Virus record (IMG/VR): IMGVR_UViG_3300049169_000066
Span: 1 to 41,693 of that record
DNA length: 41,693 bases
Direction: 5' to 3' (one strand)
DNA from: a virus
Taxonomy: Duplodnaviria; Caudoviricetes
Below are positions 16,238 through 25,541 of this stretch, one piece after another; position 1 is the first letter of the stretch; each line of letters starts with the position of its first letter. Below the pieces are notes generated by a model that made no database searches, was not told where the DNA came from, and saw only the letters and a program-made list of their open reading frames with translations. The position numbers and the translations under genes were made by a program.

Positions 16238-18598
16238 ATGGCGAAGCCGATTCAGGTAACGATTCTCGGCGACGTTCAAGACCTGCTCGGCAGCCTCGCG
16301 GACGGCGATAAGGGCCTTAGTGCATTCGCGGGAAAGGTCGGCTCGACCGCTAAGGAGATCGCGGGAACGGCAGCCAAGTTCGCGGCTGCTGGTCTCGCGG
16401 CTGGTGGTATCGGCGCGGCTCTAAGCGAATCGCTCGACCGCGCCCAGCTTGGCGCAAAGCTCGCGGCTCAGCTCGGCGCTACGGCCGACGAATCGAAGCG
16501 GTACGGCGAAGCCGCCGGGAAGCTCTACGCGGACGGCTACGGGGACAGCTTCGGTCAGGTCACCGAAGCGATTGGCGCTGTGACGACCACGCTCGGAAAG
16601 CTCGACCAGGGTGAACTCGAAACCGTCACTAAGAAGGCGCTGAACCTCGCGAACGCGTTCGACCTGGAGCTGAACCAGGCCGTTGCAAGCTCCGGAATCT
16701 TGCTGAAGGTCGGACTCGCGAAGGACGCGAACGAAGCCTTCGACCTAATGACGAAAGGGCTTCAGGGTGTCCCGGCTGCTCTGCGCCCGGAGCTGCTCGA
16801 AGCGATCGACGAATACGGGGTGTTCTTTAAGGAGATCGGCTTCACCGGAGCCGAGTCCTTCGGCGTGCTGAAGGCTGCCGCGTCGGGCGGAAAAATCCAG
16901 CTCGATAAGGCCGGCGACGCGATCAAAGAATTTCACATCCGCGCCACGGATGGGTCGAAGACCACGGTCGACGCGTATAAAGCTCTCGGTCTGAACGCCG
17001 ACGAGATGGCTCAGAAGATCGCCCGTGGCGGGACCGACGCACGAGACGGCTTTCAGCAGATCATTAACGGTCTGCTTGCAATGAAAGATCCGGTCGAGCA
17101 GTCGAACACGGCGGTCGGTCTCTTCGGAACTCAGTTCGAAGATTTGGCGCACATCGACGCGCTCGCCGCACTTAGCCCAATGGCGAACGGGCTTCAGAGC
17201 GTCGCGGGCTCGGCGGACGCACTCGGGAAGACGCTCCACGATAACGCGAGCGCGAATCTCGATACCTTCATGCGGAAGGTCTCGACGCTCTTCGTTGACC
17301 TGATCGGCGGCTATGTCCTGCCGATCATCAGCTCGGTCACGTCCTACCTGAACCGGAACTTCGGACCGGCGCTCTCGGCGGTCGGCTCGTTCATCGGCGG
17401 GACGCTGGTCCCCGCGGTTCGCTCGCTCGCCGAGTGGATCAGCGTGAACCAGACTCCGATTCTGCTGATCGCGGGTCTGATTACCGCGCTCTTCCTGCCG
17501 CACCTGATCGCGCTCGGCGTGACGCACACTGCTACGGCAGCGAAAGCCGTTGCGGCATGGGCCGTACAGAAGGTCGGCGCGATTCAGGCTGCCGTCGCTC
17601 ACTCGGCGCAAGTCGTGAGGATGGTCGCCAGCTGGGTTCTGCTCGGCGCTCAATCGCTGATCAATGCCGCGAAGATGGCTGCCGCGTGGGTACTCGCAAT
17701 GGGGCCGGTCGGCTGGATCATCGCGGCCGTGGTCGCCCTGGTCGCGCTGATTGTCGCCAACTGGGAGACGGTCAAGGAATGGACGGTCAAAGCTTGGGAA
17801 AGCGTTTGGACGTTCATCAAGCAAATTGGGCAATGGATCTGGGATTACTTCCTTAAGTGGACGCTCCCTGGTCTGATCATCACGCATTGGGACACCATCG
17901 TAAACGCCGTGCGAGCGGCCGTGCGTTGGGTGCTCGATGCGGTCGCGTGGCTAGGCGAGCTGCCTGGTCGAGTCGGAGCGTGGTTCCGTGGCGTCTATGA
18001 CGGGGCGGTAGGCCGGCTGAGTGACCTTACCGGGTGGCTTCGTGGGCTGCCTGGTTCTGTTCTCGGTGCGATCGGAAACTTCGGCTCACTGCTACTGAAT
18101 GCCGGGCGTGACCTGCTATCGGGACTGTGGTCCGGAATCCAGAATGCGGCTGGCTGGTTGCGTGACAAGGTGCTCGGGTTCTTTTCGTCGATCATGCCGG
18201 ACTGGGTCCGTGACGCTCTCGGTATCCATTCACCTTCGCGGGTGATGGCTGCTATCGGGCGCTTCATTCCGCCCGGTATCGCGCTCGGTATCGAGCAGAA
18301 CTCCGCTACTGCGGTCGGTGCCGCGTTGGGCTTGGCAGCCGATGTGACGTCGGCGCTGACGGACATGGGTACTACCGGCCCGGTCGGGTTGGGCCTGGTC
18401 ACGGGTGCTGCGCTCGCTACGGGAGCAGCTACCGCGCTGAACGCCGGTCGCTCCGGGAGCGCGGGTTACCCGGCACCGGATAGCGCGGGCTCGGCCGCTC
18501 CGGTCCACCAGGAAGTAACGGTCAACGTCACCACGAATGCCGACCCGACCGACATCGGTAACGAAGTCGCGTGGGCACTACGGACTAGCGGGAGGTAA
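16238..18598 (+). CDS. tape measure protein
   Basis: 786 aa, Ala/Gly-rich, DKAGDAIKEF, W-spaced repeats, LGIHSPSRVM motif. Confidence 0.95.
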   Translation: MAKPIQVTILGDVQDLLGSLADGDKGLSAFAGKVGSTAKEIAGTAAKFAAAGLAAGGIGAALSESLDRAQLGAKLAAQLGATADESKRYGEAAGKLYADGYGDSFGQVTEAIGAVTTTLGKLDQGELETVTKKALNLANAFDLELNQAVASSGILLKVGLAKDANEAFDLMTKGLQGVPAALRPELLEAIDEYGVFFKEIGFTGAESFGVLKAAASGGKIQLDKAGDAIKEFHIRATDGSKTTVDAYKALGLNADEMAQKIARGGTDARDGFQQIINGLLAMKDPVEQSNTAVGLFGTQFEDLAHIDALAALSPMANGLQSVAGSADALGKTLHDNASANLDTFMRKVSTLFVDLIGGYVLPIISSVTSYLNRNFGPALSAVGSFIGGTLVPAVRSLAEWISVNQTPILLIAGLITALFLPHLIALGVTHTATAAKAVAAWAVQKVGAIQAAVAHSAQVVRMVASWVLLGAQSLINAAKMAAAWVLAMGPVGWIIAAVVALVALIVANWETVKEWTVKAWESVWTFIKQIGQWIWDYFLKWTLPGLIITHWDTIVNAVRAAVRWVLDAVAWLGELPGRVGAWFRGVYDGAVGRLSDLTGWLRGLPGSVLGAIGNFGSLLLNAGRDLLSGLWSGIQNAAGWLRDKVLGFFSSIMPDWVRDALGIHSPSRVMAAIGRFIPPGIALGIEQNSATAVGAALGLAADVTSALTDMGTTGPVGLGLVTGAALATGAATALNAGRSGSAGYPAPDSAGSAAPVHQEVTVNVTTNADPTDIGNEVAWALRTSGR

Positions 18599-18605
18599 CG
18601 CCAGA

Positions 18606-19538
18606 GTGAAACTCGACCCCGTTATCTTCTCGGCTGCCGCTCGGGCATCGCTCGCCGTGACGGACGATTGGGTAGCGGAGTATCGAGGGCTCGTGATTGG
18701 AGCCCTCGACTCCCCGCTATCGCTACTCGCTGTCGAAGGGCTGATCGACTCGCCGGCAGTGCGCACGGCCGACCGCGCGATTCTCAACCGACACGGAGAT
18801 GTCAGCGGCCGGGACTTCGTGGGGAGTCGCACGGTAACGCTGACGATCGAAGTCAACGGTCGGGACGCACGAGAGTTCGCCGGCGCAATGGACGCACTCG
18901 CTCTCGCCTTCGCTCCGTCCCGAGCGGTCGCGCCGTTCGTGTTCCGCTTCCCCGGTATAGCCGGCGGGGGAGTGCGCTTCGTCGCTGCGAAGGTGCGTAG
19001 GCGCTCGGCTCCGGTCGATGTCGCTTTCAGTCAGTACCTCGCGAACGTGACGGTCGAGCTTTACTGTGCAAGCCCGCTCATTCTCGACACCACGAAGCTG
19101 TCGGACACGGCAGGCTTGCCAGATCCCGACGCTCCGGGCGGTGGGATCACATTCCCGCTCACGCTCCCGATTCAGTTCGGTAGCCCACCCGATCCCGGAA
19201 CTATCCGCGTGGTGAACGCCGGCTCGTTCGAGTGCTATCCCCGGTTCCGGATCTACGGACCGGTGTTTGATCCGCAAATCGTGAACCTCGCATCGGGCGA
19301 GCAAATCACTTTCAGGTACGCGCTGCTCGGCGACGAGTGGCTAGACGTCGACACGTACTCACATGAAGTTCTGCTCAATGGCGTAGCTCCCCGGTTCCTG
19401 CTCGCTGGCACGGCGAACACGTGGCCTGTCTGCCAACCGGGGACCACGGAGTTCGGCTTTCGCGGCTTCCGCGTGGCTTCCGGTCCCGAAGGGGACGGCG
19501 CGGAGCTGGTCGCCGAGTGGGCTTCGGCGTGGGTGTGA
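18606..19538 (+). CDS. distal tail protein (Dit-like)
   Basis: Directly after TMP; RTVTLTI, VVNAGSFECYP.FRIYGP pattern. Confidence 0.8.
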   Translation: MKLDPVIFSAAARASLAVTDDWVAEYRGLVIGALDSPLSLLAVEGLIDSPAVRTADRAILNRHGDVSGRDFVGSRTVTLTIEVNGRDAREFAGAMDALALAFAPSRAVAPFVFRFPGIAGGGVRFVAAKVRRRSAPVDVAFSQYLANVTVELYCASPLILDTTKLSDTAGLPDPDAPGGGITFPLTLPIQFGSPPDPGTIRVVNAGSFECYPRFRIYGPVFDPQIVNLASGEQITFRYALLGDEWLDVDTYSHEVLLNGVAPRFLLAGTANTWPVCQPGTTEFGFRGFRVASGPEGDGAELVAEWASAWV

Positions 19539-19561
19539 GCAGCGGGGAGGGAAACACGTAG

Positions 19562-20749
19562 ATGGCACTTGTTCAGGAGATGCCGAGTCCGCCGGTCTTC
19601 GCGGACGGAACGCCGTACGCTGCCGGACTCATTCGGCGACTGCTCGGCCGCATGACTGGGACGTTCGTCGGTCGGTTCAACAATGGCGATTTCGCGGCGA
19701 TGCTCGATGGCTCGACGCTCACGGTCGCCGGAGGCCGAGCAACCCTCCCCGCCCCGTCCGGTGAAACCGGTACGTACCTGGTGGAGGCTTCCGCGTCCAC
19801 GGTCCTGTCGGTCGACCCCGCAGACGCGACCCGCGACCGCATCGACCGCGTGGTGGCCTACGTGGTCCCGCCGGCGACTCCGGAGGACCAGGGGAAGTGG
19901 TACATCGAAGTCCTGAAGGGCGAACCTTCCGCGGCGCCGGTCGCTCCGGCTGCTGACTTCGCGTACTGGATCGGGGACATCCTCGTTCCGAAGGCTTCGG
20001 ACGGGGTTCCTCCGACGCTCGTTGACCGGCGGTACGCGAATCAGCAGCAGTACCTAGCCGGCCCAACGACGTCGGGTGAGACGCGGCCGACTGGAGCGCT
20101 CGCGCGATTCGGTGCTGTCTGGACCGACGTCGTGAACAGGCATACCTGGGTCTTCGACGGTGCTTCGTGGAACCGACTCAATCAGGGTGTACCGGCCGTC
20201 ACCAATCCGTCGAGCATCCACGCTCCCTACACGGATCAGGTGATCGTCGATAAGGGCTCAGGAACGCTGAAGCGGTATACCGGCGCGGCCTTCGACGACG
20301 TGGAGCTACTGAAGCCGAAGGGCAAGCGGTGGAGAACGGCAGGATTCCACAGTCTCACCGCGAATCAGGCAACGATCCCGATGCAGGGCAGCCGCGTTCA
20401 GGGTGGCGTCACGACGAGTCCAAACGGGCTCACACTGCCGCGTGACGGCATCTACCGAGTGTGGATGTACGCATACGCAACCGGTGGCGCGAACTGGACT
20501 CATCAGGCTCAGGTGAACAGGCTCCGGAACGCCGTGCCGGATTTGACTGTCTGTTACCTGTCGTTCTGGAAAGCCACAGGTGTCGACTACACGGCGTACG
20601 CGGAGAACGAAGTTCCATTGAAGGCCGCGGACATCCTGGTTCTTGCGGGCGCTGGCACCGATTCAACGTGGGGTGTCGACGAAGCGTCCGGCTGTCGCCT
20701 CGGAGTCGAGTACGTGAGTGCGCTCCCCTCCGGGGTGTCGCCGCTCTAA
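19562..20749 (+). CDS. minor tail protein
   Basis: LTVAGGRA, RIDRVVA, KGEPSAAPVAP, DRR motifs of actinophage minor tail proteins; beta-rich C-terminus. Confidence 0.75.
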   Translation: MALVQEMPSPPVFADGTPYAAGLIRRLLGRMTGTFVGRFNNGDFAAMLDGSTLTVAGGRATLPAPSGETGTYLVEASASTVLSVDPADATRDRIDRVVAYVVPPATPEDQGKWYIEVLKGEPSAAPVAPAADFAYWIGDILVPKASDGVPPTLVDRRYANQQQYLAGPTTSGETRPTGALARFGAVWTDVVNRHTWVFDGASWNRLNQGVPAVTNPSSIHAPYTDQVIVDKGSGTLKRYTGAAFDDVELLKPKGKRWRTAGFHSLTANQATIPMQGSRVQGGVTTSPNGLTLPRDGIYRVWMYAYATGGANWTHQAQVNRLRNAVPDLTVCYLSFWKATGVDYTAYAENEVPLKAADILVLAGAGTDSTWGVDEASGCRLGVEYVSALPSGVSPL

Positions 20750-20760
20750 GGGGGTGGAGC

Positions 20761-21831
20761 GTGGTCAGCCGTTACCGCGTCCTATTCCGCGATGTTCTAT
20801 CGGGTGTCATCCACGGAGAGCTGCCCGCTGAGCGGATCTCCTACACGAACACGCTTAATGCGCCGGGGTCGGCGACAATCACGATTGCTCTCGACCCCGG
20901 CGTGGCTCACGTGAACCGGAACACGATCACCACGGGCGCGGCTACCGCCGTGTACGTCGAGCGTGGCGACCGGTTCGTGTGGTCCGGGCTGCTCTGGGAT
21001 GCCGTACCGGATTTCGCGAACGGGACGCTAGAGCTTCAGTGCGAAGGGTGGCTGTCGTACTACCGGCTTCGCCACTACCACGCAACGTCGCGGTTCAACC
21101 AGGTGGACCAGGCCGTGATCGCGCGGACCCTGCTCCAGCACGCGGCGAACTACGGCACCGGTTCGAACCTGGGAATGATCGGATACGGGACGGAACTCAC
21201 GGGCGTTCTGCGAGATCGCACGTTCAAACAGAGTGAGCGGAAGGCTATCGGCGAGGCTGTCGAGCAGCTCGCAAGTGTGGAAGACGGTTTCGACTTCAGC
21301 TTCGACACGGCGTGGGACGGCGCGGATCTGCTGACCACGTTCAGCGTGCACTATCCCGCGACCGGCCGTTACCGTGATCTCACGCTGGAGCAGGACCGGA
21401 ATTGCGACATCCCACGCGCCACCGTTGGCGGGAAGAGCGTCATCACGCACGCGTACGCGCTCGGCTCCGGTGACGGTCCCGAAATGGTGTGGGCTACGTC
21501 CGGCACCCCGTCGACCATTTTCCCGCGACTGGAGGCTGTCGAGAGCTTCTCCGACATCAAGGAATACGGCACGCTGAAGACGAAGGCCGATCGGCGGGTG
21601 AAGCTCGGCGCGGCTCCGATCGTGCTCCCAAGCATCGACCTCTACCCGGACACGTATCCGGGACTCGACGCATTCGAGCTGGGCGACGCGCTGAACGTGG
21701 TCGGTGGATACGGGCTAGTGCCGATTCGCGGAGTGTGGCGTATCACCGAAATTGCAGTGTCGGTCGCGGAGACCGGAGCGGAGAGTATCTCGCTCACGGC
21801 CGCACCTAGGGAGGTGTTCGAGAATGGCTAA
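20761..21831 (+). CDS. minor tail / baseplate hub protein
   Basis: ELP...YTNTLNAPGSATITI, VWSG.LW, GFDF, FELGD motifs. Confidence 0.8.
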   Translation: MVSRYRVLFRDVLSGVIHGELPAERISYTNTLNAPGSATITIALDPGVAHVNRNTITTGAATAVYVERGDRFVWSGLLWDAVPDFANGTLELQCEGWLSYYRLRHYHATSRFNQVDQAVIARTLLQHAANYGTGSNLGMIGYGTELTGVLRDRTFKQSERKAIGEAVEQLASVEDGFDFSFDTAWDGADLLTTFSVHYPATGRYRDLTLEQDRNCDIPRATVGGKSVITHAYALGSGDGPEMVWATSGTPSTIFPRLEAVESFSDIKEYGTLKTKADRRVKLGAAPIVLPSIDLYPDTYPGLDAFELGDALNVVGGYGLVPIRGVWRITEIAVSVAETGAESISLTAAPREVFENG

Positions 21832-22504
21832 TCCGACGCTGCCCCCTTCCTTGGCAGCCGAGTTCCGCGCACTTCACGACCGGATTAGCGCGCTGGAGCG
21901 TGGCGAGCGGAGCGTGACGTACCGCGAGCGGCTCCCGGTGAACGACGCCTCGACAGCGCGAGTCCAGTACGCTGCGAACGGGGATCGCGACGTGTACTCG
22001 GCCGCGCTGGTCAACCCGAAGTATCCGGTCCTGGTCGCCAGGTTTCACGTTCAGCTCTTCGGCTCTGCGGTCGCAAAGGTCTTCCTTCGGGGCAGTCTCG
22101 GAGGGGTCACGCGTACGACGCAGACGTGGACGCTGAACGGGAAGGGGGCTACCGGCTGGGCCTTTCACACCATCGAAGTGGCGTGGCTCCACGGTCTCCC
22201 GCTCGACGAGTGGCAAGACACGGAGACTGTCTCGCGCACACGGCGAGGGAACGTCGAATTCCACTTCCAAGTGACGCAAGACCACATCTGGTTCGAGCGG
22301 AACCCGGACCTTTCCGACAACCTGATGGATGTCGGCTTCACCGCTCCGCAGGCGAACGCGCTGGAGCTGTGGTTTCGGACCTTCGAGAACCGTTACGACA
22401 ACCTGTTTCGCGAGCCCGAGTACGTCTTCCTCGCACCCGAGAACGCGTTCCCGACCGCGAGCGACGAAGGAACCCTTCTGTCCGGTTCCCGCATCGACAT
22501 CTAA
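21824..22504 (+). CDS. minor tail protein
   Basis: N-terminal LHDRISALER coiled coil; tail-module position. Confidence 0.65.
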   Translation: MANPTLPPSLAAEFRALHDRISALERGERSVTYRERLPVNDASTARVQYAANGDRDVYSAALVNPKYPVLVARFHVQLFGSAVAKVFLRGSLGGVTRTTQTWTLNGKGATGWAFHTIEVAWLHGLPLDEWQDTETVSRTRRGNVEFHFQVTQDHIWFERNPDLSDNLMDVGFTAPQANALELWFRTFENRYDNLFREPEYVFLAPENAFPTASDEGTLLSGSRIDI

Positions 22505-22513
22505 GGGGGTCCG

Positions 22514-22675
22514 ATGGCTTTACCCGACAGGGTTCCGCGTCCGCTCGACGTCCCGGAGCCCGTTCCGTCCGCGGTGCCGGTCACGGAACCCCATACGACC
22601 GACTTCGTCCCCGACCCCGGAGAGTGGCCGTTGCCTCCCCGCGACTTCGGGTACGGCCTGGAGGTGAACCCGTGA
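22514..22675 (+). CDS. 53-aa Pro-rich protein (below the ORF-track cutoff)
   Basis: ATG after AAGGGGG; stop overlaps the next GTG. Confidence 0.55.
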   Translation: MALPDRVPRPLDVPEPVPSAVPVTEPHTTDFVPDPGEWPLPPRDFGYGLEVNP

Positions 22676-22977
22676 GCGACGCGGTACTGATCGCCCTAAT
22701 CGCCCTGACGGGCTCCGCGATCACGGCCGGTCCCGCGTACCTGGGACAACGCAAGACGCGGAGGCAGCTCGCCGAGCAGGGAGAGGCAACCGCGGTTGCC
22801 ACTGCTGCCGCGCTGAAGGACGCGCTCGCACCCGTCGAGAAGCGGCTAGACCAGATGGGAAGCCGTCTCGACGCGCTCGGGACCGACGTCGCGGACATCC
22901 GCACGCGGGTAGCGGTGCAAGAAGACCGATGGGAGCGCGGACCCCTCCGCGTCGTCGAGTCGCGGAACCAGCCGTGA
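22672..22977 (+). CDS. membrane protein with coiled coil (lysis-associated candidate)
   Basis: GGAGGTG SD; N-terminal TM AVLIALIALTGSAITAG; heptad-rich C-terminus. Confidence 0.7.
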   Translation: MSDAVLIALIALTGSAITAGPAYLGQRKTRRQLAEQGEATAVATAAALKDALAPVEKRLDQMGSRLDALGTDVADIRTRVAVQEDRWERGPLRVVESRNQP

Positions 22978-22987
22978 GGGGGCTCGG

Positions 22988-23572
22988 ATGCTGCCGAACA
23001 TCGGCGTAGTGGGGCGCAAGCGCACCGGGAAAGACACGATCGCTGACCACCTGGCGAAGCGGCACGGCTACGTGCGCGTTGCGCTCGCCGATCCCGTGAA
23101 GGAACTCGCGCTCGTGCTGAACCCGATCGTCACCCCGACCAGTTCCCGGAGCGGTGGAGTGCGGCTCGCGAGCCTGGTCGCCGAGCAGGGTTGGGAGCGG
23201 GCGAAGGACGGTTGGCCGGAGGTCCGCCGAGTCCTTCAGGTCTTCGGGACGGACATCGTCCGGACACACTTCGGCGACCGCACGTGGATCGACCTTGCGC
23301 TGACGAAGGTCCGCGAGCTGAACGCTCAGGGTGCGCCGGTCGTCATCCCGGATGTCCGCTTCCCGAACGAAGGCGAACACCTACAGGTGCTCGTGTCGGC
23401 GCGGCTGCTACGCGTCACCAGACCTTGTCTGTCCACTGAGGACAACCACGACAGCGAGCGTTACACGGACACGATGCCCGTTGACGTCGAAGTTCCTAAC
23501 ACAGGAACGGTGTCAGACCTGCTGAAGCGCGTTGACGACGTGCTCGGCACCTACGAAAGGATCAATGCGTGA
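22988..23572 (+). CDS. deoxynucleoside monophosphate kinase
   Basis: P-loop GRKRTGKDT, ALADPVK, RRVLQVFGTD, DVRFPNE, HDSE. Confidence 0.92.
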   Translation: MLPNIGVVGRKRTGKDTIADHLAKRHGYVRVALADPVKELALVLNPIVTPTSSRSGGVRLASLVAEQGWERAKDGWPEVRRVLQVFGTDIVRTHFGDRTWIDLALTKVRELNAQGAPVVIPDVRFPNEGEHLQVLVSARLLRVTRPCLSTEDNHDSERYTDTMPVDVEVPNTGTVSDLLKRVDDVLGTYERINA

Positions 23573-23775
23573 GGGCTCTCCTGGAGCGCTACCCGGCGCT
23601 AACCCTGTCCCTGCTCGGCCTGGTCGGCGCGGCTGCCGTGAAGTTCGTTCCGGGGCTCGCCGGTTACGACCCCGGCGACGTCGTGGACTACATCGCGCTT
23701 GCGATTTCCCTCGCGACCGGCGTCGAGATCCACCGACGCGTGAAGCCGGTCGACGCGGAGGACCGGGCTCTCTGA
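23569..23775 (+). CDS. small two-TM holin-like protein
   Basis: Two hydrophobic segments and a charged C-terminus (RRVKP); end of late operon. Confidence 0.6.
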   Translation: MRALLERYPALTLSLLGLVGAAAVKFVPGLAGYDPGDVVDYIALAISLATGVEIHRRVKPVDAEDRAL

Positions 23776-23790
23776 CCAGGTCGCCGAGCT

Positions 23791-23826
23791 GCCCCTGTCA
23801 TGCCTGCTACAGGCGTGGCGGGGGCT
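23791..23826 (+). terminator. end-of-late-operon hairpin
   Basis: GCCCCTGTCATGCCTG-CTA-CAGGCGTGGCGGGGGC. Confidence 0.6.
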
Positions 23827-23835
23827 TCGTCGTCG

Positions 23836-23926
23836 TTGTAGTGCGCACACCAACTCCGGGGATTGTCTCGCACAAAGTTCCTTGTGTAGCGTGATCCACG
23901 CAAGGAACTTGGTGTGAACATCACAA
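23836..23926. promoter_or_regulatory. B-A-A-B operator cluster
   Basis: B 23836-23852, A 23869-23888, A 23897-23916 overlapping degenerate B 23910-23926. Confidence 0.75.
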
Positions 23927-23937
23927 GGGGAGGACCG

Positions 23938-24657
23938 ATGGACGCGGGGTCGCGGATCGTTCAGGCGATCGAGAAGGCGTGGAGGGCGATTCAGGCGGAC
24001 TGTCCGGACGTCCCCGACGTGGTGGTGTGCACCGGTACCGGCCGTGTTAGCGCCCGGAAAGCCAAGTGGGGGCACTTCTGGGGGAACCGCTGGGTCATCG
24101 ACCCCGAGCAGCCGAGGCGCGCACCGGAACTCTTCGTGGCGGGGGAGCTGCTCGCCGAGTCCGGTCGTCGCGTGCTTCAGACCCTGATCCACGAAGCCGC
24201 TCACGGCCTGAACCACGTTCGCGGAGAGGAAGGGACCAACTACAACGGCCGACACAACTTGACGTTTGTCAAGGCCGCTACCGAGCTGGGGCTGTGCTGG
24301 CCGAAGGGTGAGAAGGCGCACCCGACGATCGGCTTCTCTCAGGTGATCATCACCGACGAGACCGTCGAGCGGTACGCCGGCGTTATCTCCGAGCTGGAGT
24401 CGGCTCGGCTCGCGTACCTGACGTGGCTCCACGCGGCGACCACGACGGCTGGCACCGGGACGGGCGAAGGTGGGGAAGCCCCGAAGCGGGGGAAGGGCAG
24501 CAGGGGAGGCACGCTCGGGGGGAAGCGCATCAAGGCTGTCTGTGAATGCGACGAACCGGACGCCATCGACGTCACTCCCGCGCGGCTGAAGCGGAAGCCG
24601 ATCAAGTGCGGTGACTGCGACAGTCTGTACCGGCCGGCGATCCGAGACGCTGCTTGA
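23938..24657 (+). CDS. SprT-like zinc metalloprotease with C-terminal Cys cluster
   Basis: TLIHEAAH, H...F...A.ELG, C-terminal CEC...CGDC. Confidence 0.75.
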   Translation: MDAGSRIVQAIEKAWRAIQADCPDVPDVVVCTGTGRVSARKAKWGHFWGNRWVIDPEQPRRAPELFVAGELLAESGRRVLQTLIHEAAHGLNHVRGEEGTNYNGRHNLTFVKAATELGLCWPKGEKAHPTIGFSQVIITDETVERYAGVISELESARLAYLTWLHAATTTAGTGTGEGGEAPKRGKGSRGGTLGGKRIKAVCECDEPDAIDVTPARLKRKPIKCGDCDSLYRPAIRDAA

Positions 24658-24665
24658 GCCACAAA

Positions 24666-24699
24666 AGGTTCCGACTGGGGTACGCTCCAGTCGGAACCT
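24666..24699 (+). terminator. 15-bp hairpin with TACG loop
   Basis: AGGTTCCGACTGGGG-TACG-CTCCAGTCGGAACCT; left arm overlaps a degenerate operator-A half-site. Confidence 0.6.
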
Positions 24700-24723
24700 C
24701 GCTGTATGCGGGAAGGGTAGTGA

Positions 24724-25371
24724 ATGGCGACCACAGCAGCGGCTAGGCGGGCGGATGCGACAGACCTTCACTCTGAACTTGTCAGAGTGGGTCGCATCTT
24801 GGCGAAGCATGACTCTGGAGACACTCGGCGGACGTTCGCTGAATTACTAGTCGATCTCCGCGAGAGTTTCACCGACCCGAGCGGACGACCTGATTACGCC
24901 GGCCGGTCGAAGGGTTACCGCGAGGCGCTTAACGCTGTCTACTCGGCCAGCGGCCTTCCCACTGAGGAACAAGACCGGGTGCTTCGTACCGGTATCCGTT
25001 ACCACGTTCAGAAGATCGTCCGCGACCGGTTCCGGGCGAAGTCGAAGAGCGATGCCGACTATCTCGAATTCTGTCGGTACTACGGATTCAAGCCTGAGAA
25101 CTCCGACGAGAGTCGGAAGCGCTCGGCGCGGCTGGAGCGAGTCACGGTGCGCGGACTGGTGACGGTCTCGGACGCAATCGCGTTCCTGGCGGATGCCCGG
25201 AGCAAGACGGAGGCGTTCGTTCACCTGAACAACGTGTCGGAGCTACCCCGCGATGACGCGACAGCGCTTCGCGACGAGTTGAACTCGCTCATGGAGACAC
25301 TCGCCCCGGTCGTCGCCGCGATCGACACGGCAAGCGCTGTCGAGAAACCGAAGCGCAAGCGCCGCGCCTGA
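24724..25371 (+). CDS. candidate immunity repressor (phiC31 c-like position)
   Basis: Stand-alone gene bounded by hairpins between late and early modules; helical and basic; PDYAGRS..Y motif reminiscent of phiC31-family repressors (from memory). Confidence 0.45.
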   Translation: MATTAAARRADATDLHSELVRVGRILAKHDSGDTRRTFAELLVDLRESFTDPSGRPDYAGRSKGYREALNAVYSASGLPTEEQDRVLRTGIRYHVQKIVRDRFRAKSKSDADYLEFCRYYGFKPENSDESRKRSARLERVTVRGLVTVSDAIAFLADARSKTEAFVHLNNVSELPRDDATALRDELNSLMETLAPVVAAIDTASAVEKPKRKRRA

Positions 25372-25384
25372 CCTTCACCACCTG

Positions 25385-25424
25385 AGCCCCCGCGTCCGAT
25401 CCGCCGTGGACGTGGGGGTTTCTT
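25385..25424 (+). terminator. rho-independent terminator
   Basis: AGCCCCCGCGTCC...GGACGTGGGGGTT then TCTT. Confidence 0.65.
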
Positions 25425-25454
25425 GTGTGCGCACCACAAAAGGTTCCTTGTGTG
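25423..25454. promoter_or_regulatory. overlapping B and A operators at the start of the early region
   Basis: TTGTGTGCGCACCACAA overlapping CACAAAAGGTTCCTTGTGTG. Confidence 0.75.
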
Positions 25455-25541
25455 ACTGCCGTCACGTCGGGTTGTAGACCGGGGCTCCACGGGGGGTGTC
25501 CTAGGTGTCAAGGGCAACCGAGAACGAAGCACGGTGATTGC

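Noticed and set aside
5706-25505. 13-bp inverted match CCTAGGACACCCC (5706-5718) with 25493-25505
   Set aside because: A single 13-bp match is expected by chance in ~40 kb of high-GC DNA
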